A DNA stretch of 64,000 nucleotides from the NCBI RefSeq assembly GCF_006345805.1, contig NC_042998.1:38254001-38318000 (forward strand). The letters run 5' to 3'. Shown in pieces: positions 42,236 through 54,347 of the stretch. Position 1 is the stretch's first letter, and every line of letters begins with the position of its first letter. The notes below the pieces were generated by a model that was not told the origin of the DNA, did no database searches, and saw nothing but the letters and a program-made list of their open reading frames with translations. Source of the DNA: Octopus sinensis (Eukaryota). A program made the translations under genes and the position numbers.

Positions 42236-44912
42236 CATATATATATGTATGTATGTATGCATCTGAACATACATACCTTCATACATACGGTCTATTATGA
42301 ATGTTATTTTAATATAATCACCAGGAACATGGAATAATAAAACAATGTAGCGTCTTTCTGTATAAGATTTGTCCGAGAAAGATTATTGATTTTTGCGTTG
42401 AGACGTTAACTGCAGTTAATTATTCCCAAAATTTATTAAAATAAATCTATCATTTGATATATTTTGGATATCGAGTGCAGCCAGGTTGTGATTTCTCCTG
42501 GTATTAGCTCCACGTTGACCAGTCTTTAACAATGGAACTATGCTGACAGCAGGAAGGCTACGCATTGTCGGAATATAATCTAACGGTATACAAATCATCC
42601 CTTGCACAATATTCCTGGTAAAGTTACCAAATCTTGAACATCGTTGCTTGAACTCTAAAACTCTAAAAGCTACGGTGGTGACGCATTTAAGGAAATAGGG
42701 TGTCATTGGGGGTTGGCGGTCGAGGGTTTAGGGTTAAATCCATGATGTACTAACTGGTTAGCGTTCAACGTAAGTATAATAATGCGACAGAAATAATTAG
42801 GGGATCGTAGAGTGAAGTAAAGAATGCTTCATGATGGATAAAAGGGATAATGAGTGAAGGGAAAACCGAAGTTCAAAGCGTAGAAAAAAATCTCAACAGA
42901 TTTAATAGAGAATAGTCGTTCATTGAATGCGAAGGGTGTTTACAGCTTCTTGCTTATCTTATAAACAATGGTTGTGTAAATAACAGAACGATAAAGATTT
43001 GGTAGTGTGAACCAAAAGAGACTTGAACTTAGAATCAAATTTGCTTGTCATCTGTGGAATGGAGAGTAGTGTCGGAATTTATGAATGTCATTGTAGTAAC
43101 CTACAGAAGGGAATTCCGCACTGTGGAAGCAAGATGTCTGAAGGGTAATGAACCATATATGTGAATTATAATTACTATTATGGTATTTCAGTAATGGTGA
43201 AGGAAGAAGTCAATAAGAATATTCTGAGAACGGTGACAAAAATTTAAAAGAAAGCATTCAATTGGTTGTATGTGTGTAAATAAGAAAATTAATATTTGAA
43301 TGAATATGCAAAACTAAAAAACAATTGAATAAAAAACAAAAGTGAATTGCAATAAAACAAATAATTCATAAATAAATTTATTTGATTTTGATTAGAAACA
43401 AATAATGGTTTAATTTAGCTATTATTATTGCATCATTCATGTTGAAACAATACAAACTACAACATCATAAAAGAAAGTAAAGCGATGGAAAATAAGAAAG
43501 CAAATAATAAAGAGTGAGATAAAATAATATTGATAAAACTGACTTATCAAGTGAGAAATCGCTCTCCATTTATAAAACAGCCAACAACACGACAATGAGA
43601 AGAAAGACAGACAAAACAAATAAAGCATACGGAAAATGAAAGCGAAAACAAAGAATATGTTACGTTAGAAACTTTTCATTGAAATATATTATGTCGGACC
43701 TCTATTTTGGAAGTCAAATAGTAAATATTTTGCCTTCTGTAGACAAAGAGAATTTGGTTTCTTCTATTCAGGCTGCTCAAGCTATTATTCCTTAACTGTT
43801 CCAGCTCTGAAAGTAATTGGAACAAGTGTTTTCTTTCTTTTGCTAAGTTTGTTTTTGCAGAGTTGTTTAACTTACATGGGGTCACAAGTGAAATTCCTCT
43901 GGTGCTTGAATGGGACGAGTGCCGGGCAACGGGCGGGATTCTATCTAGTATTTTGAGTGCAAACTTCATTACCTTATACTTTCTTGTTTGCACTGGAATA
44001 TTTTCTTTCATGGAATTTATTGTGTGTATGAGAGCGTGTTTTGGAAATTTCATAATATTGGAACTCTTCTCCGTCGACTCGGCTTTCAAATTTAAATAGG
44101 AAATAACCTTTGAATAAGAAATAACGTCAACACTACCACAATGACTCATCCAGGGTTACTTCCCTTAGCGTTGAAATACAAAAATGTTGCCTGAAGACGT
44201 TTCTTTATTTTTCTACCATTATTTCTTAATAACATTTACGTTTTCCTCCTAACCATTCATCATTCTAGATCTCACTACGTGTCACATACAATCTCTCACT
44301 CTCAAACACTCGCGCGTTTTTTTCATTTATTTTCGTCTTCTCTTTCTCGTACAAATACACACGCCTACATACTCCTTTTTTCATACCGAGGTATGTTGTC
44401 CTTCCTTCTTTCCTGTCTTTCTTTCTTTCTCGCTATTTATCCACCGAATTATCTTTGATGTTATCAGAAATAGTTCAAATAATAAAGACACTCTCATTCT
44501 CACGTGTTATCAAAAGTCCAGTATTTTCTCACGATATTCAAATACAAGCGAAAAAAGGACTTTTCATTCTAACATGATTCAATGTTACTCTTGACTACAC
44601 ATTTTGCATCTCTATCTATTAGTCTATCTTCCTGTCTCTCTACATTTGCCTATACCTGTGTGTGTGTGTGTGTGTGTGTGTGTACGTGTGTGTATGTGTG
44701 CATATATATATATATATAATATATATGGAATATCTATAAAAATGAATCCTTTAAATTTAACTAAATTCTATATTTGTATGCACCTGAAGATTGCTCTACA
44801 TTTTAAAACTGATGTAATACTTGCATTGTTTAATTAAATGGAGTCCCATGAAACGATAGTACTGCATTACCTCTGGATATCCTTGTTGCTTATTTTGATT
44901 ATATATATATAT

Positions 44913-44988
44913 ATAGCTGAGCGGTTTAAGGGGCTGGTTTAAGGCACACGTCTCTTCGGGGGTATGCTTTCGAATCCCACCATTGCCA
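44913..44988 (+). pseudogene. tRNA-Leu(AAG) pseudogene, 5' acceptor strand replaced by (TA)n
   Basis: gctgagcggtttaaggggctggtttAAGgcacacgtctcttcgggggtatgctttcgaatcccaccattgcca aligns with eukaryotic tRNA-Leu: D arm, anticodon AAG at 44941-44943, long variable arm, TTCGAATC. It is followed by TTTT. Confidence 0.8.
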
Positions 44989-47900
44989 TTTTCACTGGCA
45001 GTGCTCCAGCTTGGCCACAAGTTTAAGGGTTGAAACGTGTAAAATAATATAATATATATGCAGGTATACACGTGTATGTGTGTGTTTGTGTATGTGTGTG
45101 TGTTGTTAACTGACTAGAATATACTTGACCGAGGAGATCTAATGATTCTAGTTCATATTCAATGCTTTCATCTATTGGCAAGTTCCCTTCCTTACTTTCT
45201 GGGGGGGGGGTATTTTTAGGTTTTGAGCATCCTTCAGAGAGTGTTGTCGATTAATTGTGAGGATAACATCAGTTGATCGAATTTTTTTCTTTTTCTATAT
45301 AATTCAGAACAATGTTCAATACGTAATTATATAGATTATTATCTGCAGGAAAACATATGCGGGGAACATCAATGTCAAGGCATAATTGAGCAGTCTTTTA
45401 TATTTGCGGTGAGATAATCGTGAGGAGAAGAAACAGAAGAAGCGATGTGTTGTAGATTATGGAGCTTGTTTAAGCTCGGACAGCAAATAAGGCAGCAACG
45501 AGAAATAATCCCGCTTATATAAAGAAGTGTTTCTTAAAACAGACTATACAATTGAAATAAAAAGATTTAGTAAGTTAAGTCTACCGAAAATAGTAGACTC
45601 GCTGAAATCGTCTTTCGATTCTTGAAGTAAAGGTTTACAGATGAACATAATTAAGAATACTGACAGGTATTACCAAGAATTTTTACACTTCACTTTAGGT
45701 ATTATGTTTGCGTTAATCGGTGAGATATTTGTTCTCTCTTTACAAAGAATTATATGTATTCAAATCGAGGACAAAATAGATTAATGGGATTTCTGCTTCT
45801 TGGCAAGTAGGGATGATTTCACGAATATTTCTAAAGAGGTTCTGCATATATAATTATCCACATCTGTCTAGAAGGATCAATGACCAAATGAAAATGAAAT
45901 CTATTCCTAACATTTTCACTTCTCAACATAGGCGACCGCTTAACACAATTTCACGTACACCAGTAATGCTTTATCGCATTTTATCACGCTTCAATATCGC
46001 GCTTCCATTTCTTTCCTTTATAAATATGCAGTCGAAAATACCTGTTGGGCGGAAACTAATAGACTAATTTCTTACGACGTTTCACTCTATGCGCAAAAAT
46101 ATTTTGGGGAAAGATGTCGTTTCACGCAAACACGGCCGATGTACATTAATACTAATTTTATCGATCACTAAGTTTAGTTGGATTGGTTATGAGCTCAGAA
46201 CTAGAGGGACAACAATCTATAAATCTATAAAAACATTTTAGTTTTTGTGAGTTGCAGCTTTGCATTCAGTAAAACGAGATTTCTACTAAGAATACAAAAC
46301 ATATATCCTGTTTTGTTTAAAGAGAAATGAACTGCAACTCTAGAGTTGACGTAAAGAATATGAGCCACAATCAGTTCTTCATCTTTTATTTATGGTTACT
46401 TTAGAAGGAAATACCAGAGCCGACGGTCCGCTAAAAGAAAAGGAAGAAGAGAAAAACAATTCACTTCACAATATCATATATATACGATGTGTTTTGTTGT
46501 GGTTTCTTTATTATATCAAGAAAGGACTTTTCTGTTTGGTGATCAGTGTTAATTTAATAGTGTTTAGTTAACGTAAAGTTGCTGACAGTCAGGTTGTCAA
46601 AACAGAATCAGTCGAAATTATTCTTATGGCAAGTTCTGTTTGCCTTTTGAAAAAGAATTTCATTTGCAATCATGCCTGATCGCATATGACTCTGTCAGCT
46701 TCTACTCGTCAATAGCATCTTTTCTCACAGATATCTCACTACCTAGCAGGCATTAACTCGCTGATTACTGACCGTCTGGCCAGTTGAAGTAGAATGAAAT
46801 TGCTGTATACAATGTTCTTGTTGTTTCTTCAATTTCGCCCGCTTTACATCATTGATTTGCCAACGCCAAATCTGATTGGATAGGTTTATGTCGACTTCAG
46901 CACATCCGCGAGCTGTTTTGACCAAATTCTAAAAATCTCTTTTTCATAAAAGAAAACAAATTAGTCAATTTTTGGCTGACGTGACAAAATACTGAATCGC
47001 AGAATAGATTTATTACAGAAACTCAGATGAAATATATCTAAGCTAATTTCATCAACAAGAGCAACAGCATCACAACCTCTTATTTCAGACTTTAAAAGAG
47101 CAGAACTTGTGCGGCTAGACGAAGATAGCACAATGTCTTATGTTTGTTCAGTTCAGGATCAAGACAGTAGAACACTGGACTAAATGCATTGGTGTCTATA
47201 GTTTCATTGCTCCAGATTCTTATCTAAAATTTAATCCCCTATTATACAGTTTCTCTGTATAATAGGAGATTAAACGGAAAATATTTTTATTTATTTCTCA
47301 ACACAAGATCGGAAATTCAAAAGGAAAGTGTTAAGATGTGGGGACATATTTACTATTCTGAAGAGTATAAAAATGCAATTGAAATTAAATGTTAGCAATT
47401 CACATGTTTCGCCATTATCGATCTCATACATTAATACAAATTTATAAAGTATAGAAAATGGTAATGCCATCACATTATCTCTTTGTTATGAAAGTGTCTA
47501 CGAATAACATCTTTAAAAAGATCAATTATCAGCTCCCTGTATGCTTATTTCTCCACTGTGATTATCATTCCTAAAATGTTGTTGCTGTTGTCTTTCTAAG
47601 GCATGGAGGATATCTGTTGAATCCAGCGCGAATTGGAATTCAAGTACCAATATTTTCAGCATTACATCGAAGTGCAATGCGAAGTTTATTGAGGTGGAGA
47701 TGGGATTAATCAAAAATATGGACAGATAACATTTTTGCATGTTTTATAATAAGGCAAAATGCATGAGTAGTCAAAGGAACCGAATGAACCGAATTATTTT
47801 GCTTTGGATATAAGTGTGTAGATTCTTATGCAAATAAATTAGGAAAATATTTGAAATGATGCATAAAGAAGCAAAGTATCAGACTTTGCAAGAGACATCT

Positions 47901-49176
47901 GTAGATATTAGGCAGCACCATTATATATATTCAATATGCATCTCCAAGGATTAACATTCTTAAATAGAGGAATGCAATGAAGAATATTCTCCAGTATTTT
48001 AATGCATTAATAAGGTAAGATCGAGGTGTTGCATAATTAAGCTAGAAGTCGATCCGTTTATGCGCTGCGCATCTGATCCCCTGTTGTGGCAGCTTCCCAA
48101 CATCCGCCGCTCACCAATGTTTAATGAGATTAGGATTTCCAGTTCCGAATTCCAACGTTATGGACGGATAAATAACGATGTTTTAATTAACTCCACTTCG
48201 ACAAAGTGCACATTTGAAGAGGTGACGAGATGCGACAGTGCATTGCACCATTACATGACTTGTGCTTACGCTGCTCTCCATTTCAATGACAAAATAAAAG
48301 TACGATTGTCAATTAGTATACAATAGTTTCATATTTGTTTTGTATTCGTTTCGACACAGGATAAAAATCTCATTCTGAAATCGATGAAATAATTTCCAGT
48401 CAAGTATTGCAGGGTCGATATTCCGCCATGAAAGCCAAACTCTACTGAAACTCGTTCAATAATTTCGTGACTGTCACACTTGAAACGCCGCAAAAACGTG
48501 CAGCCAAACGTCGTCTGGGTCACAAAATATTTCATCTGCGATCAGTATCTGACTCTCAACAACATCAAGAAAAACTCGAAATTAAATATTGCTTCTGCAT
48601 CAGTGAGGTTATTTAAATTACGCACACAACCATTCAAGACTGTCTCAAAAATTCGTAATCTTACTGGTTTTCTAAATCTTGTTCATCTCTGGTTCACAGA
48701 GACGCTTTCTCTTCATTTCCGTCTACTTTTCACACTGCTACATCATCTCCTCAACTAAAATAGTCAACGCGTCGGCATTATTGTGTCCTGCAAATTGTGT
48801 CTCACACGAACCACTTAACGCAATTCTTCAACCCTAGAATGAGAAGCTTCTAGAATCCACTTTCAGCCGCTTAGACATTTGCATTCACATGTTCGAGCAA
48901 AACACACTGAATCATCTTCAATTCAGTGATTGATGCCTTGTACACCCGGCCTACCAAAGTCATGACCCCTGCCGCTTTCACTTCACTAAACCATAACAAG
49001 CAAAAAATAGAAATAGGCAGCGGTCTGCTATTAAGATGATCAACAACCACGTGATTATATGTTTGCCCGTATTGAGAAGAAACTTGAGCAAGTATCGTCT
49101 ACAAAAGCATTGCATTTACCAAGACCTTGGGAGCGGTATTAGTCAGGGGGAAACTGAACGAAAATTAATAGATATT

Positions 49177-49918
49177 TACGAGGTGTGATCAATAGGTATC
49201 TGGACTGTAACCATAGTAACGAAGCTAAAGCACGCAGAGTAAAGCCTCTGAGCAGATTGACCTTGAACGTGCTTAGTTTTAACGTTCTAGTGTGATCGTA
49301 GCATTGACCATGACAGAGAAAGCTGTCATGATGATACCTGCTCAGAGATCTACGCTAAGTTGCAGAAAGTGTACGGAGAGGAGTGTATGAGCTGCATATA
49401 AGTGTACGAGTGGTTCAGACGTTTCCAAGATAGCCGACAAAATGTCGATATTGACGAACGTCCTGGGAGACCCGCAGAACAGAGAAAAACATCGCAGATG
49501 TGCGTGCAGCTGTGAGGGGAAATTGTGGAATCCCCATCCGTGAGTTATCAGAGGATGTGCAGATTAGTTACGGTTCAGTTCAGTCCATTATCACTGAAGA
49601 TTTAGGTATGAGACACATGTCTGCTAACTTTGTGCCAAAACTGCTTTCAGCTGACCAAAAAGACGCTTGGGTTTCAATTGTACAAAATGATGAAAACTTT
49701 TTGAAAACTTTGCGTAGGCCTCTGAGCTGGTATCACGAAGCTTTTGGTAAAATTTGATGTAAATTCTCGGCTCAAGGACTCAAGTGAGCTAGAACGTTAA
49801 AACTTAGTGCGCATGCACTACTGAATTCCAGGTCAATCTGTGCCCGGCAGCATAACTCTGCGTGCTTTAGCTTCGTTACTATGGCAACAGTCCAAATACT
49901 TGTTGATCAGACCATGTA
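49177..49918 (+). mobile_element. Non-autonomous mariner derivative with ~150-bp inverted ends, TA-flanked
   Basis: TA|CGAGGTGTGATCAA...TTGATCAGACCATG|TA. The interior encodes a mariner N-terminal HTH remnant (VYGEECMS, VYEWFRRF, DERPGRP, ELSEDVQISYGSVQSIITEDLGMRHMSANFVPKLLS). Confidence 0.85.
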
Positions 49919-50220
49919 TATGTGTGCGTACGGGTATTAAATATATATATGTGCGTGTATATGCATGTGCGAACATTAAGTAAATGAGGGACAGAACTTA
50001 CCCTGCATAGCACGCGATTATATCGGACGGTGTTTTCCCCACAATAACGGAACTATATACTTGCATTTGTGAACTATACTGGAAGGTGGGCTTTGAGTGC
50101 AGTGCACTTACCAATAAAAGAATACGAATAATTGTTTGGGTGATAATAGTATACTGTGTGGAATTTAACGTCTTTTAGTTAAAATAAAAAGCAGCCTAAA
50201 CTCTATATTCATTCTGTAAT

Positions 50221-50660
50221 TTGCTCTCATCGACTTCAGTTATCTCCATCCGTCTTCTTAAATTTAATAGTGCTGCCTTGGCTCAAAACAGGTGGCTGCT
50301 GGAAGACCCTATGTCTAGCAACGGGACTCTGCACCATGCAACACAAGCAGGAGACCCTAGTCAGATAATTTCTGCGACCATATCACCCATTTGTCCATCT
50401 AACTCCCCAGGCTGCAACCCCCTTAAGTAATATGTGTGGGGCGCAGTTGAGCGAGGGATCAACAAAACTATTTGTAACACCAAAGATGAACTGACGGCAA
50501 GGATTATAGCAGCATTCACCAAATTAAACGAGGAGACCGTCCAGAAGAGTTGCAAGAGATTCCGAAGTCGTCTGAAGGCCGTGGTTGAATCCAATTGCGA
50601 TTTTATTGAATACATTTACTTCTTAGTATTTCAAGATATTTTTATGCAATTTTCATAAAT
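50221..50660 (+). mobile_element. maT/DD37D-like transposase C-terminal fragment
   Basis: GRPYV*QRDSAPC.., NSPGCNPL, VWGAVER..TKDEL..I..AF..L..ETV.KSCKRFRSRLKAVVE..DFIE*. Confidence 0.7.
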
Positions 50661-50692
50661 ATAGGCGCAGGAGTGGCTTTGTGGCTTTGTGG

Positions 50693-50753
<61 letters not shown>

Positions 50754-50762
50754 GTATATATA

Positions 50763-50855
<93 letters not shown>

Positions 50856-50902
50856 GAATTGAAGAAATGGAGCTGAACGCAGATTGAACAGAAATCGTTT
50901 TA

Positions 50903-50992
50903 TTTCATTCTACACGTGTTTCGAAAGGCACAAATTACCAAAATCCGATTGAATAATGGGACCATATTGTGTCTTTCTCTTCAGGAAGAAAA
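50903..50992 (-). ncRNA. Minimal type I hammerhead ribozyme at the PLE 3' end
   Basis: Minus strand reads ttcttc CTGAAGA GAAAGACAC...GTGCCTTTC GAAA C ACGT GTA gaatgaa. It has an intact core, stem II of 8/9 bp, a 2-bp stem III capped by palindromic ACGT, and a GUA cleavage triplet at 50911-50913. Stem I is ttc/gaa, extendable past a bulge. Confidence 0.85.
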
Positions 50993-51583
50993 AAGGAAAT
51001 CCGTTAGAGAAACAAAAACAGAACAGAGGCGGAGCAAAAACCAAATCGAACTATGCTCCTAAGAGCCCATGGCGAAACTGTTTATCAGTGTATGCTGAGA
51101 ACCGGTGGCTGAAGAATTCTACAGGTCAGGCATCGGTCAATCATGTGGGTGAGGGTGTATAGATGTTCTTAGTGACCGAGAATAAAGTTCTGACTATTTA
51201 AGGAATATTGGATGTTTTATAAGGGGCGAGAAAAAATCTACTTAGAGACGTGTGTGTGTGTATACTGTTCTATATATGTGTGTGTTGGCGTAGGGGTAGA
51301 AAACACTTTTTGTGTACGTGTGTGCGTTTGATCGTTCGGCTGTCAGTGGCTACTGCCGTGATAACCGTTGGGTGGCAGAAAGAAAAAAATATATATATAT
51401 TATGTTTTATGTGTGTGTGTTCATCTGAGCCGGCCTTGTCAAGGAAACCCCCCGCTGTGAAAAAACCAAGCCCCGTTTGTCTTACAGGAGTAATTCCCCT
51501 TGCAGTGGATAATCGTAGATATCTTAAAGGCTATTTCAGAATTTGTTACCAAGGGCTATGGGTGCCGGTATTATTTATAAACG

Positions 51584-54199
51584 CTATTTAAAAGCCAGAT
51601 AAGTGTAACGCCGCCAATGGGGGCATCGAAAAGCCGACTGTAAGAGCCCGTTTACCATCCGGCCTCTGGCAAACAAAATATGGAAGAGTTCGGAGACACA
51701 AAGGTTACACTGTCTTCTGCCCCTATCAAATGGGAGGGCCACCGACAAAATTGACCATTCCAGCCTGTAGCTTAAGTTCGTATCCTTCAGTCGCCATATT
51801 AGCTTACTGAGTCCCGTGGTCTGGCGCTTGTTCACGTCCCGAAAAGTTGCGTAATGATTGGAGACACGCAAAGACAATCTTGAGGATGATGCCCCTACAT
51901 AAGTGAAGACATCTGAGTCCGTGTAAACCTTGCATTGGTAGACGGCGTTTTTGATCTTGGAGTTCGCCGACGTAAATCTTAATCTGCTAGGATTAGTTTC
52001 TGAAATTAGAACTGCGTTCCTGTCACTATATTCGTTCCGAGACCTGCAGCCGCTTACTACTCTATTTTCCACTACGTCACTATTAACTATAGGAATAACC
52101 CCTGATTCTCCACTATCTATCAGAGTACTGTCAATGCTAGTGCCCGTGGTGCTGCTATTGCGGGAAATGATGCTGGGGTTGCTATTGGGGCTCTCTACCC
52201 TACTCCTATTGTTACCGTCAACCACAACACCCCTATTTATAACTATACCCCTAGTGGGTACTCCCTGGCTGGAGCCGAGATTATGTGTCACTGTACTGGC
52301 TCTCATATCATTATTACTACTATAATTATTCCTACTGAGCATTAAACCGGGAGCGGAAGAGGCTGTGCCTCCGGAAAAAGGTGATAGGGTCTTAGTAAGT
52401 AGCCTATTATTATGGGAGGCGATTATCTGGGCGAGGTTTTTAGTGTTGGAGAAAGCTATCCTAACTTTATGTGAGTTAACCGTGGAGTAATATTTGGAAT
52501 TTCTGGGGAAGTTATTGGCGATGGCTTGTCTAAACAAGAGGGGGAGGTTAGTTCTAATCTGCTTACCAAAGGGGATTACAAACCATATATGCTTATTCCT
52601 ATCAGTGTGATGGGTCGGGACGCTAGCTCTCGCACTCTGGTGGGTGATTCTCGGATAAATAACGGGTCTTGGGTTAGTGTAAGACCTCCCGGACCGATAA
52701 TTATCCTTGTTCGCTAAATTAAATGCGGGAGCGACTACCCCGGCATCCGCCGCGCTCCCGTCCTTACTTAAAATGTTAATGTTATTATATACGGCCCTAT
52801 CCTGATGACCGAATGATGGCATCGGAAGGGCCGGATCAATATAAATTACCTTCTGCCTATAACCGGCCTTGGACAGTGCGGCGTTATAAAATTCCGCTTT
52901 CTGCATAAAAATATCGGCACTGGCGGACAAGCCAGACAATCTTAGAGAGATGTTTTTAACCAAATTGTCTGTTACGGTTTTGGCATGATTTGAGAAGACA
53001 CTGACATACTTCAAATTAGTGGAAGGCTTATGGTAAGGGCAGTATGAGTCGCTATTAAGGTTAAGTGTAACGTCTAGGAAATTAGCCTTGGTGAGTTCAT
53101 TATCAAAAACTATACTCATGCCCATTCTATTAAAAAACCTAGCTAACCTGCTCTTAGTTTTCTGCACTATTCTGTTCGTGGTGTTTTGCAGGTAAAACAG
53201 ACAATCGTCACGATACAGGCCGCCCGCGATCTCCGGGAATTGGTCGGACAATTCGTAGAGAATATATATACCGACTAAATCGGCTATCTGCGCACTATCC
53301 GAACTACCCATAGGCACATCAAATTCATTGGGAGTATTTTTACGGATCCACAACTTATTATCAAACTTAATAAACGATTTCCTGGCAACTAAAATGATAT
53401 CTATCTCTTCTCTGGTGAGGCCAGCCTTGTTGTGAGCATGCCAGAGGGCCTTATTTAGCACACTAGGGTTAATCGAGGGGTAGAAGCTGGCGATATCAAA
53501 CTGAATGAACCTAGTACGGTTCTTATTGGGGATGGAAGAGAACCACTTCACTACCTGGGAGGAGTTGGCCCAGAGGCTGAGCTTCAGCTTGTTTACTAAA
53601 CTAGGGATGTATTTATCTAAAATGTACTTACTGATTATCCCGATATCAGATCTAGCAGGGCATATGAGTCTTAGCGCTGGGTTGGTGTGGAAGTTAGGCT
53701 TATGGTCCTTCACTATAAATCTGGGTTGCTTGGGGCTAAGCGGCTGAGTTCTCATTTGAATTCGGTGTTTAAATATTATTTCCTTAATTTCCAAGTTTAC
53801 CTTCCTCAGGGTACTCCAATTGGTTTTTCTATAATTTTTCTTGATCTCTTTACCGAGTAAATCTAGGTACTCCTTAATGGGCATCTTGTATGTGTTCCTG
53901 GTCTTGTCGGACTGGACCAGGACTCCGTCCGATCTATTAATGTCCTTGGTAATTTTATCTAGGTATCTGAGGTGGGCATTTCTCCTGGGTGACTTCCTGA
54001 ACTTAATCTTTCTAACTATGTCCCACAAGTCGTCCTCAAACTTCTTCAGTCTTGGGTTCGGTGGCGGCGTATCCAATGTTTTAAAAAGCCGGCCGTATTC
54101 GGACGATGCCGTTGTCCGGTTCGATTTTAGATCTTCGTTCTCGTGGAAGAAAATGAGCCATCTTATCCGGTTTATGAATGCGTTGGTTTTACAAACCAA
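51584..54199 (-). CDS. PLE polyprotein: reverse transcriptase + GIY-YIG endonuclease
   Basis: Uninterrupted 871-aa frame. N-terminal FINRIRW, SDKT, KDHKPNF, RLICPARS, FDIASFYPSI, VPMGS, GLYRDD, NFLDVTLNL, IWFVIPF, then endonuclease VYQC..TYVGAS..R..NH..F, LSKLIW, WSIL, CNLCVSE, CPH. The frame continues upstream as (YI)n-YIPPKDAFLKEL, so the native ATG is missing and the TTG start is only nominal. Confidence 0.92.
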   Translation of the reverse strand: MVCKTNAFINRIRWLIFFHENEDLKSNRTTASSEYGRLFKTLDTPPPNPRLKKFEDDLWDIVRKIKFRKSPRRNAHLRYLDKITKDINRSDGVLVQSDKTRNTYKMPIKEYLDLLGKEIKKNYRKTNWSTLRKVNLEIKEIIFKHRIQMRTQPLSPKQPRFIVKDHKPNFHTNPALRLICPARSDIGIISKYILDKYIPSLVNKLKLSLWANSSQVVKWFSSIPNKNRTRFIQFDIASFYPSINPSVLNKALWHAHNKAGLTREEIDIILVARKSFIKFDNKLWIRKNTPNEFDVPMGSSDSAQIADLVGIYILYELSDQFPEIAGGLYRDDCLFYLQNTTNRIVQKTKSRLARFFNRMGMSIVFDNELTKANFLDVTLNLNSDSYCPYHKPSTNLKYVSVFSNHAKTVTDNLVKNISLRLSGLSASADIFMQKAEFYNAALSKAGYRQKVIYIDPALPMPSFGHQDRAVYNNINILSKDGSAADAGVVAPAFNLANKDNYRSGRSYTNPRPVIYPRITHQSARASVPTHHTDRNKHIWFVIPFGKQIRTNLPLLFRQAIANNFPRNSKYYSTVNSHKVRIAFSNTKNLAQIIASHNNRLLTKTLSPFSGGTASSAPGLMLSRNNYSSNNDMRASTVTHNLGSSQGVPTRGIVINRGVVVDGNNRSRVESPNSNPSIISRNSSTTGTSIDSTLIDSGESGVIPIVNSDVVENRVVSGCRSRNEYSDRNAVLISETNPSRLRFTSANSKIKNAVYQCKVYTDSDVFTYVGASSSRLSLRVSNHYATFRDVNKRQTTGLSKLIWRLKDTNLSYRLEWSILSVALPFDRGRRQCNLCVSELFHILFARGRMVNGLLQSAFRCPHWRRYTYLAFK

Positions 54200-54256
54200 C
54201 TCCTTAAGGAAGGCATCCTTTGGTGGTATATATATATATATTATATATATATATAT

Positions 54257-54347
<91 letters not shown>

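Larger units (their letters stand above)
50852..54227 (-). mobile_element. Penelope-like retroelement, Naiad-type (RT + C-terminal GIY-YIG), near full length, inserted in (TA)n
   Basis: Contains the 871-aa ORF, a ~730-nt 3' UTR ending with a hammerhead motif, and (TA)n tracts on both sides (50692-50851 and 54227-54343). It is visibly more GC-rich than the flanks. Confidence 0.9.

Noticed and set aside
45900-48900. Possible Helitron remnants
   Set aside because: No Rep or helicase motifs and no clear hairpin-CTRR end identified.
51584-54199. Selenoprotein-coding Naiad (UGA-Sec plus SECIS)
   Set aside because: Some Naiads encode selenocysteine, but this ORF has no in-frame TGA and ends in TAG. 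The two ATGA sites I found in the 3' UTR lack a SECIS-like helix with apical AA. SECISearch would settle it.
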